Assembly: GCF_964355755.1 (NCBI RefSeq)
Contig: NC_092671.1
Span: 26,176,070-26,240,069 of the forward strand
Direction: 5' to 3'
Source of the DNA: Antedon mediterranea
Taxonomy: Eukaryota; Animalia; Echinodermata
Length of the DNA stretch: 64,000 nt
Shown here piece after piece: positions 51,276-64,000 of this stretch. Made by a program: the position numbers and the translations under genes. Each line of letters starts with the position of its first letter. Positions within the stretch are counted from its first letter, which is position 1. The notes beneath the pieces were generated by a model that saw only the letters and a list, made by a program, of their open reading frames with translations, was not told the DNA's origin and ran no database searches.

Positions 51276-54089
51276 TACATACACGCACATTCATTCCTCA
51301 TTAATTTTAGACTGCGGCCGTTATCGTATCGTTATAATACACACGAATGACTTTCTTAAATACACATCGCCGTTGTGTTACTGACATGTGGGACACAGGT
51401 GAGGAAATACGTGAATTGCCTGATTTCAGAATACGAACTAATTCCACGCTTTCTCAACTCGGTTACATTTTGTGGGAAATAAAAGCATGTTTGTATTTAT
51501 AAGACACATCCGCATTAGCACGCCCTGCCGCTTTCTGTACGTTCATGCATACATTAGCATGTATGTACTTTCCCATTTTGGTGGTAAAATGCTTACGGTT
51601 GAACACGTACCTTGTAATACGTTAGTCACATATTCAGATTATATGAACACCATACTCACGTTCTAACACTAAGTAAAACAGGTCACTTATACCATTGGTC
51701 ACTACAATTCGTAAATTGAATAATATAGAAAAATAATGAGGAAAACAATAATTGTTGAAAACATTGTTTACAATGCTTAATAACTTGAAGTTGACAAAAT
51801 CTATGCCATTGAATAATGAAGGCAGATGTTTGGTTGTAACATCGCGTCAAGTAGGTGGACCTTTTCACCCAAACTAGCTTGCTTGCACTAACAAACAAGA
51901 ATTTGTTGCTCAATATATTAATGTAATTACTCATTTCTTTTGTTGCAAAATGAGGAAGATTACTTGGTGTGATGGCGTATAACTTTTACCTGTTTCATTT
52001 TTAATAAGATATATATTTTATCTATTTTATTACTGTTCCGTTAACCCCAAAAATCCAATAATGAATCGTATTAGTTGTCATGTTACTTTCCACCGTATAA
52101 CATTACATTAAATTGTCACTAAAAATCCCATTCTGTTGTTCTATGCATTACATTGTGACGGAAATTGCACACCATAGAAGACAGATGGAAATGAAGAGAA
52201 AACATGATTTTGAGAAGGGACATATAACCGGAAATAAAAACATGATTATTATGTAAACTGTCGATCTAATCTAGGTCCTAGGCATTGCACAATGTCAATA
52301 GCTGTGCATAATATTATATATAATAAACTGTTACATACTGAAGTTGAATTAACAGTGGTAAAAGTTCATTTATTCACTTTCATTTATAATTCATTCATAA
52401 CATGATCTTCAAAGTTAGTTTAGGCGATAATGGTTGTTAGGACATTATTTATTATATAAGTATTTTATGTTTTGATCTAGGGGTGAATGACATTCATTAT
52501 ATTATAAAAGAATAACGTAATGCTATGTTATCTCACAAGACTCCATTTGGTTGCAAAGATTTGTGTGTGTAAAAATATTTTCAGGTCTAAGTGTACAATG
52601 TTTGATTTCAAATAGTAATAGACAACGACATGCTCATTTATTTAAAAAAAATAATTACAATATAACAGATGATTTTCTATATGAAATGACAGGATTCAAT
52701 TTTAATGAATTATGGAATAATAATATTTTCTATTAGTTGTCTTGTTTATAATATGATTCACTAAATCATTTTTCACTTGTCGCTTTACTTTGATGTTATC
52801 ATCAATAACTTTTGTATGAAGCAAAACGTAAAGGAGCAACAACTCTAGACTAATTCATCAAATTTTGCTCGAATAACCTAGAAAAGAAAGCGTAAATTCT
52901 CCTAAATTATGTTTCAAGCATGTACTATAATATTATTGTTCACACAATGTTTTAGGGTTTCGGATTTTCAGTAGACAAGTTGCGTGAACTGTCTAGTTCA
53001 ATTAACCTGCTTTTAAATAACCTTTAATAATGAAATCTCATAGTTTTAGTTTTAATCAAATTCAAGCCTTTAGATGTACAAATCAGCTTGGGAAATTTTT
53101 TGGGTACATATCTTAATAAATGGCAATATGGTAATATGAATTTGATATACTATCATAACTGAATATCTTTAAACTCTATAATAACAACATGTAGACCTAC
53201 TTGAAAAATACAACTTATAAGAACAATTGCAATTAAGATTAATATTTAAAATGAGAACATTACAATATCATAAGATTGTTTAACGGTGTAGATAGTTTGT
53301 TTTATTACCGTTTGACATTTATACTTTCTATTTCTGAATTTACGTACATTTTGCTTATTACTTTGCAGGTTTCTTTTCTTTAAATAAATAAACAAATATA
53401 ATAATAACAAAATTTGAAATGCAATGATTGTTTCAGAATTATTTTTGTTATATATTTTTGATTACAAACTTTTTCAAGTAAGCCCTTATATAATCATCAA
53501 ACAACAAAGCATAATGGAAAAGATTTGCTAATTTGTATTTTTAAAGGTGTAGAAGTGTACAAAATTAAATTGTAATTTCCCCATCTGTCTTATCATACTT
53601 TATGTGAAAAAAAAATGTGATGTGCCCATATATGGAAACGATGATGTCATATCATTCACACGTTTTGTCACATAAAATTAGATAGAGCTTAATACTAAAT
53701 TACCGAAAATTTCTTTCGTAATCGGACAGTAGTATAGTGTCTTATTTTTTCTATTCATATATTATGCGTATCGTATTACGTGATTTCAAAATGACTTCGC
53801 ATTTTAAGAGGAACATTGTAATGTTCTACACATCAGGTTTCAGCATTTTATAGATACTATCAAATAATGTTCTGAAGTGTTTACTATAGAGTTTATCAAG
53901 CTATACAACTTTCTTTTAATTGTAACTTTGATTTATAAACAATTGAGACGGTTTAAATTATACAATTAAGGTAATCTAGATTCCCGTAACCCAGGGTGTG
54001 ACCCTGACGGGAACGCTCCCATCGGATCGGGTGTGTGTATGGGGAATGAATGTTAGACTCAATAGCTGCATGGAATAAGTCTCTATTAA

Positions 54090-54249
54090 TAGGGAGCTTT
54101 CGATCTTAAACGACAACGACCAAAATACGTCATGTTGTTCATTGTGCTCTTGCTGAGATTTTGGGACGTGTTTCTTCACTCGCACATGTTTGATAGATTC
54201 CTAAATTCAGACGACCTGACCTAGGTTGGTCGTATTCGAAAGCTCCCTA
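54090..54249. mobile_element. Small MITE-like element
   Basis: Inverted termini TAGGGAGCTTTCGA...TCGAAAGCTCCCTA; related right end at ~36320-36364. Confidence 0.5.
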
Positions 54250-55565
54250 TCTATGCACGAGCTGTAATGTGTTACAATGGATTAAACTGAATGTTTCAGA
54301 AAAATTCTGCAATTTTCGTAATAATTTCGAATATCTATTTTATCAGTTTATCAGCTGGGAACGCACGCGTCAAATTATGCATGCCGTCTTATGTGACTGA
54401 CCAAAAAAGTGCATAATGATTGTCTCTATTTATCTTAGTCAATAGCTGTATGGTTCATTGAATTGAGCACTCGATTTAGTATGCTGGCATACAGTAAGGC
54501 CGTAGGAATGGAAGATGTTAACGTACTTTCTGTTTGTCTGAAAGTGTCACTTATTGAAGTGTACCGTAATAATTAATGTCAAATTATGTTATTAAATATT
54601 ATAGGCCTAAATGTATTATTTTATCAATTTTTGTATATATTTATATCGGTTTTTTTCTTGTTAAGATATATACCATAGTTCTGATTTCGGTTTGACGACT
54701 TGTTATGCAGCTGTCACTAGATAGAGTCTAACTGACTATCGCAAGTAATCTAGAAACAAGTCTGTATTAAATTTGTAATACACGGTATTTATGTGATTAG
54801 GTTCAAATAGACATATAAGGTATAACATTAATAAGATTCACAAACAATCATTTTTACAAAATTGTTAAAGTGATGTTTTTATAAAGTTGCATAAAGAAAA
54901 TGATTAGCTGGTTTCTACACTGATGTAAGTTATTAAAAAGGTGGTTACACATTTGCTTTGTATACTCTTCTTTAAAAAATAAAGTTAATAAATCATACAC
55001 AATTTGGTTTGCATATCGAATAAAACTAGTACACTAAGGTTTGCGATACGTATGTTTTCTACATTACAGAATGTAACTCGACGTTTTTGTTATAGGCTAT
55101 GTCTTCCAGAGTAACCCTTATTTTACAAGTTATAATTAATATCTTCTTTGGAAATTTTGTCACGTTTCAGTGTAATCTATAGTTGGATGATATGAGTCTA
55201 TTTGTAGATTCCTTTTCCTCGGCAATTATTTGAAGTCCATTGGGTACGTTTTTTAGTATTATTCGCGCCATTGACAATGTGACGTCATTAATTGTTGTGT
55301 TGTTTATTCACTGAATGTCAGTTTTCGTTTCGTATCAATGGACCGTAGAAACAACTCAATTAATTTATTTTACGTCATCGCTCCAATGATCGTCGTTTCC
55401 TGAAGGGTGTATTGAACATAACTGGGAGGTGTTTTATATTTTCTCTTTTCCAATTTCGTAGATCAACCCGCCCTATATCGAATGAGTTATTTATTAACGG
55501 TTCGTTGCTAATACCAAAACTACCTGTATATAAATTGCCGTACAATATTACGACTTTGACACTAC

Positions 55566-56310
55566 GGTTGGGGCGACTTTTTCTCATTCTCATACATTTC
55601 ATCATCTTTATCGTTTCAAATTAATTATTAAATTTCAGTATATCACCGGGCGGTTTAGAATTAATGTTCTACCTGTATATAAATTACAATTATTATGACT
55701 TTGACACTACCGACCAAAAAATGATGTATACAGATCTATCTTGGAATATCATTAGGTTCTCTTACTATATCTTAATATGTTTCGCATATCATAGCCTTTC
55801 TCGTTATACTAATTACTCAACATCGGTGTTACAATTATTACTAAATAATGTTAAGTTATTGACATTATAGAAATTACCATGATATGCTTTTTAAATTATT
55901 TGCTATGGATTCTATGGTTATGGATACTATTAGATATGCCAAACAAGTCTACGTTCTATGCCTGATGTATTTAAATATAGGCCAATAAAAGTATCTCTTT
56001 GGAGATCCCGCTTCGTGAATAAAATACTGAAAGATGAGGGCGTATCAATTTGATCTCTGGTGCGCGTGCGTACAATTGAGGGACTAGCGCTGTTCCGCAA
56101 TACCACGTGTTAAAGAGTCACTTTCAATCCCCAGTGGTCTAGGACACATGCATATCAAGCAGAAGGTTCCGGGTTCGAGTCTCGGTTGGGCAACTTTTTC
56201 TCATTTTCACGGATTTCCTCATCTTTATCGTTTCAAATTAATTAATTAAATTTCAGTATATCACCAGGCGGTTTAGAATTATTGTTCTATGCCAGATGTG
56301 TTTATATATA
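55566..56310 (+). mobile_element. Two decayed copies of the tRNA-containing repeat (55566-55660 fragment; 56032-56310)
   Basis: CGGTTGGGGCGACTTTTTCTCATT...CAGTATATCACCGGGCGGTTTAGAATT trailer; GATGAGGGCGTATCAATTTGATCTCTGG leader. Confidence 0.7.
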
Positions 56311-56446
56311 ATACAGAATATATATAAATAGTTCCACCCACATGTGCAGATTTCAGATTATCTGCCTTTATTCCAAACATCTATTTAATACTTTTTTAAA
56401 GAAAAAAAAACCAAATTGATTTCATTTACATTATAAACAGAAATCA

Positions 56447-56550
56447 TCAAGGTTTATATTTTTATATGTTTTTTCATGGTTTTTCACAAGCGCCTTGAGC
56501 ATTTTTGTGGATATGTGCGCTATATAAATCTTATTGTTATTATTATTATT
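56447..56550 (+). mobile_element. L2-type 3' end with (TTA)n tail
   Basis: Reverse complement of 37008-37116. Confidence 0.7.
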
Positions 56551-57782
56551 AAAGAAAAATATCACAACATAGGCCTATCATAAAATAGCATGATTGCCAG
56601 GAATACAGTAGAGAAATATGACACACACTCATTATCAGTTAATTGTTACCGATAATAGCTTGAGTGTATGTAAATATATAACTTATTAGGCTTATAAATC
56701 GTGTTCATGAATTTGAAACTTGGTACGGAACGGATTAACCATTGTACGGACCGATGAAAGGAACAGTAGTGTATATTCGGTCCTACCTGATACCCAATTC
56801 TCGGAACTGTATCTAGATTTCTCCAGTATCATAGGAAAATCTGTTTCACGTGTATCTCATAGTATCATATCCGTAACCTAACCTTACGTAATATGCACCT
56901 TGGAAATGAGATTTCTAATGACGCAAATAGGCAGATCGGCCGATACCTTGTTATGTTTAGTTACTACGGTACTATTTGGTTAAAATGTTTTGTTTTACAT
57001 GTTTACACTGTAAATTTGTACTTTAACACTAAGGTTACAGATTAAAGGAAACGTGACTGCGATGTTAAAATTATATAGGCCTAATTACATTAAGCAAAAT
57101 AGGCTTGATAATTAAGTTCTTAATTTGTTAATACTTCAATATTGAACGATGTAATTTAAGAACTTTAATTTGTTTCCTAATCGTTATTTCTGCGAAATTA
57201 TAAGTAGAATTGAATGGTAGGCGATCTGTAATTCCATCAGTTGGAATAGATCCGGTGTTTCAGTTTCCGTACGGGAGAATAGCCAAGTGTGGCAACAATG
57301 AATTTAATCATCGAAGTAATTGTCTTCGATTAACAGTTGAGTAGGTATGCTTAATTCTAAGTGGTGTAAATAAGAACGATTTACAAAATGATCACATTAA
57401 CAAGACTAGAAGATGCGTGAAAACACCTGCGATAAATTACTTATTTCTATATCATCGTCTGACTTACACATGTCAAAGGTCAGGTTCGAATATTTGTCTT
57501 TGAAATGATTTATCAATTGTGAATTTTTGGATTTGAGACAGCGATTAGACTTAATTATGCATGTGAATAACGAGGTTGTGACATACCGATTGCAAGTTGT
57601 TTGGCTGCCGTTCTCGAGCAATAAATTATATGAAAATTTCCAATCGGTGCATAGTATAGATACAATTTATTAAGTCAAATTATTATTTATTTATGTTGGA
57701 CCGTCCCAATTATAATCACCAGCACACATAAGTCATCACATATTGTAAAATATCACTTAACTTAAAAGTAAATTGTTCTAAA

Positions 57783-59245
57783 CTAGATGGTACGCTCGCT
57801 TCGCTCGCGTACCATCTAGGTCGTGCCCACAGATGGTTCTCGAATACATAATAATTTCAGCGTTAAAGAACTGGCGATTTCAAATGTACGTACCGCAGGA
57901 CAATAATACATGTCGTTTACAGGAACGAATAAATAGACACTTTGATTTATGTACTCAACTAAAATTAGCACCCTGGGAATATACATCCGAAAGAGAAACT
58001 TGTCACAAAATGAGACACATTGTTTAAGTAAAATTTAAACAAACTTAATTTGTGTTTTGTATGTAACATTAGGGTTGAGGGATGGGGAAGAGGATTGGTG
58101 CAAAGAAGAACAATTTTTAAATATATTCTTTATCCATTTAGTAACGAAATATTAATTGTTTTCATGTTTTACAAATAATATACCACTATACACAGTAAAA
58201 CATTGCGATTTAATACTTGTTGAAACTATCACCGTCGATTGAAATAGTATAGTACATATAACGATACATCACTACGACGTGTATATGTTTATATAATTTA
58301 AAACAATTTGTGAAAACCACCTCTATTCGGGGCAAAATCATAAATTTGATTTAATGGTCAATAAATATTAAATTATCTAACTCAACTTAATTAGTAGGCA
58401 TAATGGTTTTCAATTGTTTCTTATAGCCAATTCATACTTAAGTTGGTTCCTACCCTACCCTCCAAAGTTGTTCTGCGTTTAGTTAGGGCATGTGATGTAC
58501 CGTAAAGGCCCATCCTCTACTGGTTTTACAACGCTACTCATGCCAGTGAGGGAAGGGTGGTGATGTGGGTGGTTTAACTGCAATAATAAAGATGTGTACA
58601 TAATATACGGCGAGTGAAAGCGCTAGCTCATTATCTGTTTAAAAAATGTATATCCAACCTCTGCAACACAGATTGAAATGGTTGGGTTGGTTGAAAAAAA
58701 AATGGATCGAATTTCTGTTATGAGTATACAGTACTTGCCTTTACGACGCCTGAGGGAATAGACACTTGTGGAACAGAGATTGGAATGTTCCATTCATCGC
58801 AAATCAATACATTTGTATAAACGTATATTAAATCTATCAAATTAGTATTTTTTTTAAAAAAATCGGCCTGTCTTCAACATTATGATGCTGTACTCGAGCT
58901 GTTCAACCGGTTTTCAGCCATTAAAAACAATTATCGTAGGAGGAGATAGGAAAATGCGAAGCATCCTCGTATTATCGTCTGCGGGTATTTTTCAAGATGG
59001 ACATCCATTAGACAGTGTATCCCGCGATCGAAAAACACCCCTATTTGGGGCAAATCGTTGAACCTAAATTCGTTTTAATCGTCAATAACTAATTATCGAA
59101 CTCAATTTAATTAGTAAACAGGGTTACATCTGGCGGTTAAAATCAGTACCGAAAGTACGAATCAACTTTATATACCATCGAGTAAACATTCTAGAAATAA
59201 CGCGCGATTTACCGAATTTTGCCCTTACGTAAATTTATATATAGA
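57783..59245 (-). mobile_element. Non-autonomous Helitron (1463 bp)
   Basis: 5' TC, 3' CTAG preceded by the hairpin CTAGATGGTACGCGAGCGAAGCGAGCGTACCATCTAG, inserted in an AT dinucleotide without TSD. Confidence 0.85.
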
Positions 59246-60511
59246 TGTTCATTTTAAAACTATAGTTTGAGTTAGGCAGCGATAACAATCATGCATTAAT
59301 TATATATTTGAATTTAAATATTTATATTAACACAATAGTGTAATGATTACAGTAATACAATATTATTAATAAAATGAGTTATTATTAGAAAAAAAAGTAA
59401 TTACTATATGAAATTTAACTATAACAGAACTGAAAGTTATCGCCAGCCTAAAATGTTATAAGGAATTACTCAAATTCTTGAGGGTAAAATTGTATATTAT
59501 GCAGTGTGTTGATGAAATGGAGAAAGTTATATGTGGAGGTATGTCATGTGATGTGAAGACATCTGGAAAGCGTTTTGAAAAGTTGACAATTTATATTTAT
59601 TCCTGTTTTTGTTATGTGCTGTGATACCTGATCACATGGTTGTTAAAATATATGAATATATATATAACACTGGAAAAATGTCTACAATACGAAACTTCTT
59701 TATTGAACTTTAAACTTTGTGATCAACATTGTGTCGGCAGTTTCCAACAAAACAGCAATAATCCATCAATAGCAACGATAAAGAACATGTAGGCCTACAT
59801 TTAATACAAACCCTACATCGGTAGAACCTTGTAATCTAAATGAAACCATGATCAGATACGTTTAATAGTGCAATTTTTTGTCGTAACCTGGGTCGTACAC
59901 GTTTGAAGTTTTGTAATAGTTATAAACATGATCATGCATAGTAATATGAACGTTAAATATACTTGATTTCAATTCGAGAGAAATTAATTAAAAAAAATAA
60001 TATTGGAATGACAGAACTTGAAGAGCAACTAAGATTAAAATGGGAATAATTAGTAACAGAAAAACGTTAGCGATATTCGCTACATTTCGCTAACATTTCT
60101 TGGTATTTTTAATTTGTAATTGTAATTTTTCTTATATATATATTTCTCTTAATTGTATGCAACATTTCTTTTTGGAGAGCCTCTCGACTGTTATTTTTGT
60201 TATTTTTGAGGTAATCATACCTTACTTTGTTCTTTTTTATGCTATACAGTACATTATGTAAATTAGCGAAATAAGCAATAAACTAAAGAAGCCAACCTGA
60301 GTTTAAAGCAATCTATTGAAAACTAAAAATTAAATAATTTAAGCTATCGATACTATTGGTGATAATCGAACTGTATGAGGGTTTTGGATGTCCAGATAGA
60401 TCGAGGAGAAATAGATTGGTAAGAAAATGATTGCTGTTTCAAATTAAATTACTGTATTCGAACCTCTTATTTTCTTACATAATTGGTAAAGTACATAACT
60501 ATTTGTCTACA

Positions 60512-60710
60512 TAACCGTTTAACCTCCGTAAGCGACCACTCTCCTTAACGGCCGCACTTTCAAAAGGCCGTTTGTTCTTCCTATATAATTATTGCATTTC
60601 CTACCTCCCGTAAGCGGCCACCTCCCCTAGGCGGCCGGGGCCACCTTCTTTTTACGAAACATTAGATGTATGTTGTATGGTAAAGTACCTCCCTTAAGAG
60701 GCCACCCGAA
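60512..60710. mobile_element. Possible DNA-transposon terminal fragment with GC-rich subrepeats
   Basis: Repeated CCTCC(C)..AAG(C/A)GGCCAC motifs; no matching opposite end seen. Confidence 0.35.
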
Positions 60711-62177
60711 AATTTTGTTTGACTTTTGACAACAAAAATAAAACCTGCTGGTATTTTTTCCTAAATTATTTCAGATATTTTAGAATTACTTGCAATTCAT
60801 CAATGCATAGAAAAATTATCATTATAGTGTTTCCAGAATAAATTTACATTTCACAATTAACACTGACATTTAAAATCCCCTATTTTTTTTTTTTTTCCTA
60901 AGTATTATTAGGCCTACAATCTAAAGATAGATGCTCAACTTTTTATTCCTAGTATTCAGTGAAATTGAAATTCTATTTTCACTCTGGCTTCGCATTTTGA
61001 AAATAGAATTCCACCTTTCACTTTATTTTCACAAACATTCATTATTTGCATAATATTCATCGAAGTTCATTAGTGAGTTGGAAAATGTAAACATCAGATC
61101 TTATTTAAATCGAAATATTTCAAAGGTTTTCATTGAAAACATAATTAAATTAAAGATTATCTTGAAACATTTTCAATCATAAACTTTACATTTAAATTTA
61201 ACTTCAAATCTTAAGATTATTAATCATAAAAATGCTAATCAAAAATAATAAATACATTATTATGTATATAGTCTATACACTTGTGTGTCTTTTTGAATGG
61301 ATTGCAGGAAAATAGAAATACGCAAACATTCCATAATACGAAACAAATGTTTGCTTTGTTTCCAAAAAGATGAAAAATGAATGTTAATAAATTCATACAT
61401 TTAGTAATCCAAATTACAGATTTAATGAAGTTCTGCGTTGCCATAGAAACGAACAAAAATAATGATTTCATTTATTATGAAAAGACTAAAATAAAGGTTA
61501 AATTTAACCAAAAGCCCTGGCAGAATATGTAACCAGTGTTTACTTTAAATTACAGTTGTTATTAAGTAAACACTTTTTTAAATCCTATTTTTGGTAGTAA
61601 ATAACGACATTATTACAGTTTTTGCTGTTGTTAAGTGAAGTTGTTTCTCCTTCCTTGAGGAATATTTTCTATAAGAAACAGAACTTCACGGATGCTGAAG
61701 ATAAATAAACTGAATTAACTAATAATATTATGGAAATAATACTAATGGCACTGTGAAGACAGATTGTTGCATCATTTACGTCTACGCATAATATCCCAAG
61801 ACGATCGCGTCATCTACCCGTCCCTTGAGAGTTCGAAAGAGTTTTGACGCAATTACTGGTAGTATGAACGTATTTTAAGCTGATTAATTAGTTAATTAAT
61901 TGAGATTCATCGTTTTAATCCGGTAAATGTTCTAATAAGCACACAATTATCATTTTTTGTATCCTGAAAATCAATTAATGTATGATTGAATTATCACGAT
62001 CGTTAGATTAAAGCCTCTCATTTTAAATCAAACCTCTTATCTGTACTCAGCGTTTTATTTATGTACAGACATGTATTATACATACAGTACATCGGTCATC
62101 AATATTACAATACATGCATTTCTCTGATGGAAATCCCCATGAATGAATGTAAACATTTTGTATTAAAAAACGTTTTA

Positions 62178-62463
62178 CTCGGTTCTTTTTACAGGGACTA
62201 GCATACAGCAATTGGATCACCAATCACCATGTTTAATCGGTTCTTTTTACAGGGACTAGAATACAGCAATTGGATCACCAATCACCATGTTTAATCGGTT
62301 CTTTTTACAGGTACTAGCATACAGCCATTGGATCACCAATCACCATGTTTAATCGGTTCTTTTTACAGGGACTAGAATACAGCCATTGGATCACCAATCA
62401 CCATGTTTAATCGGTTCTTTTTACAGGTACTAGCATACAGCCATTGGATCACCAATAACCATG
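62178..62463. repeat. 58-59-bp tandem repeat, about 5 copies
   Basis: TCGGTTCTTTTTACAGG(G)ACTAGCATACAGCMATTGGATCACCAATCACCATGTTTAA. Confidence 0.95.
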
Positions 62464-63882
62464 TATACAAACATAATATACAGTTACGAGTAAATAATAA
62501 CAATCTAAAAAATATATATATTAACAAAAACATGGACGCTTTTATAGTAATATATTTTTTATTCTTATGCGGTATTGACAGATTGTATGATTTTCTACAC
62601 AATTTCCTACAAAACACTTTCATTTGGAAATAAGCTCATTCCAGTTTTCTTTAGCAAGCATTTTAAATTTACCTTACATAAACCTATGGGCATTCTGAAA
62701 TGGATATGTTAAGTAGGCTTTTCTCATTTTTTAAATTAGTAGTAATTTGATTCTTGTTTTGTTTTTTCCGTCAACTTTTTTTTAAATTGTTTTCTTTTTG
62801 GAAGCACACATTTTTTATGTTTACTGTTATCTTTTACATAACGAATATAAATAAAGTTTTAATTGAATATGCTGTTCGTAAGCTCTGTCTACACTGTCCA
62901 TATATGGGCACATTACATAAAGTTTGATAGTACAGTAGAAGAGCGTTTGGCCTCGCAAAAATGTAAAAACAAGCACTGTATCACATCACTGCAATCTCAG
63001 TGTGCTATGGTACAGTGGAAAAGTTCCTCATTTATACGCATGCGCAGTTGATATTTTTTTAAACGCCACTCATTTGGCACAAATCTACCACTCTGGATCT
63101 CCTTTAAGATACTCATAACGTACTATTTATGTATTTCTGTTATTATGAACATTTGTGTGAACTACTGTTTATCTTTTATGAGGTTTGACTGACTGGTTTA
63201 CTAAAATACAAGCTTTATGTTGATATAAAGTCTGCGTTACTGTATGATATTAAGATTATAATTGTAATTTACAATAAGAGTCGTTTTCTTTTTCTGAAAA
63301 ATTGTTGTTATTATCTTTTTCTTTGGGGTCTTGCGTTTCGCAAAGAAATTCTGTTCCTTATAATACAAGATACCCAGTAATTGTATTTGTTTCAATCATA
63401 ATTGTATACTTATTGTCATTAAAACAAATTTTTTTTCTAATAAAAAAATATAAATAAGATGAACTAATTGACAGCATACGTGATTTATAACTTTCATAAG
63501 CCATGTGTCTTTCATCTGAAAACATATATCCAATGTAATCAAGAAGTATCGAACTACAATCTAAATAGAAATTGATAAAAATGGTTGATATATATACAAT
63601 GTATACTGCAGCCTGTCATTACTTTTACCTCGAAAACAACGAATAGACGTTTCTAAGTGACATCACGCTCATAAATGAGTCTCAAATTTCTTGTTCAAAA
63701 ATCAAATTCAATTATCTGTCAAAATCATGTGTGTACTTCTGCGAAATTAATATCTCTTTAAGATATATTTGAATGCAATAAGATCAGTCAAATGCAATGG
63801 CACTTTATACAGACACACGCTATTCTGGACAATTACCGTGATTGAATAATCGAATAGAGTTTGTAATACATGATGATGATTT

Positions 63883-63980
63883 GTAGTTTAGGTACTCGGC
63901 TACTAATTCCAAGGTCCTGGGTTCAAATCCTTTCAGATGCTAAGATTTGTTCTCATGACATCAGAACAACTCAACACCTA
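63883..63980 (+). mobile_element. Degenerate tRNA-derived SINE head
   Basis: B box GGTTCAAATCC followed by CTAAGATTTGTTCTCATGAC, similar to 43606-43625. Confidence 0.4.
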
Positions 63981-64000
63981 AAGACTACAATTAATAAGAC

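Noticed and set aside
62178-62463. Second microexon array (TTCTTTTTACAG acceptor-like motif in each unit)
   Set aside because: No convincing donor in the unit, and a 58-59-bp unit leaves little room for exon plus intron.

Overview
AT-rich, repeat-dense eukaryotic (animal-like) genomic DNA with no long ORFs and no prokaryotic features. The main result is invisible to the ORF track. The apparent ~870-bp tandem 'satellite' at ~812-9915 is the body of a minus-strand microexon gene. It has a signal-peptide exon (13431-13359, GC donor), a 36-nt exon, 31 symmetric phase-1 microexons of 12/27/27/39 nt (one of 30 nt) arranged in 8 tandem cassettes, and a terminal exon (282-227). These splice in frame, by hand translation, to a 331-aa secreted Ala/Ser/Thr-rich acidic repeat protein. 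A second minus-strand spliced gene (32593-31273) encodes a 92-aa precursor with a signal peptide, a 6-Cys peptide, an RRRR site and a C-terminal propeptide. The rest is mostly transposon debris: Kolobok-type MITEs, Helentron-type HINEs, non-autonomous Helitrons, an internally deleted Academ-like element, Penelope and LINE fragments, tRNA-derived repeats, palindromic elements and minisatellites. All gene models come from splice signals and reading frame only; no expression data or database searches were available.
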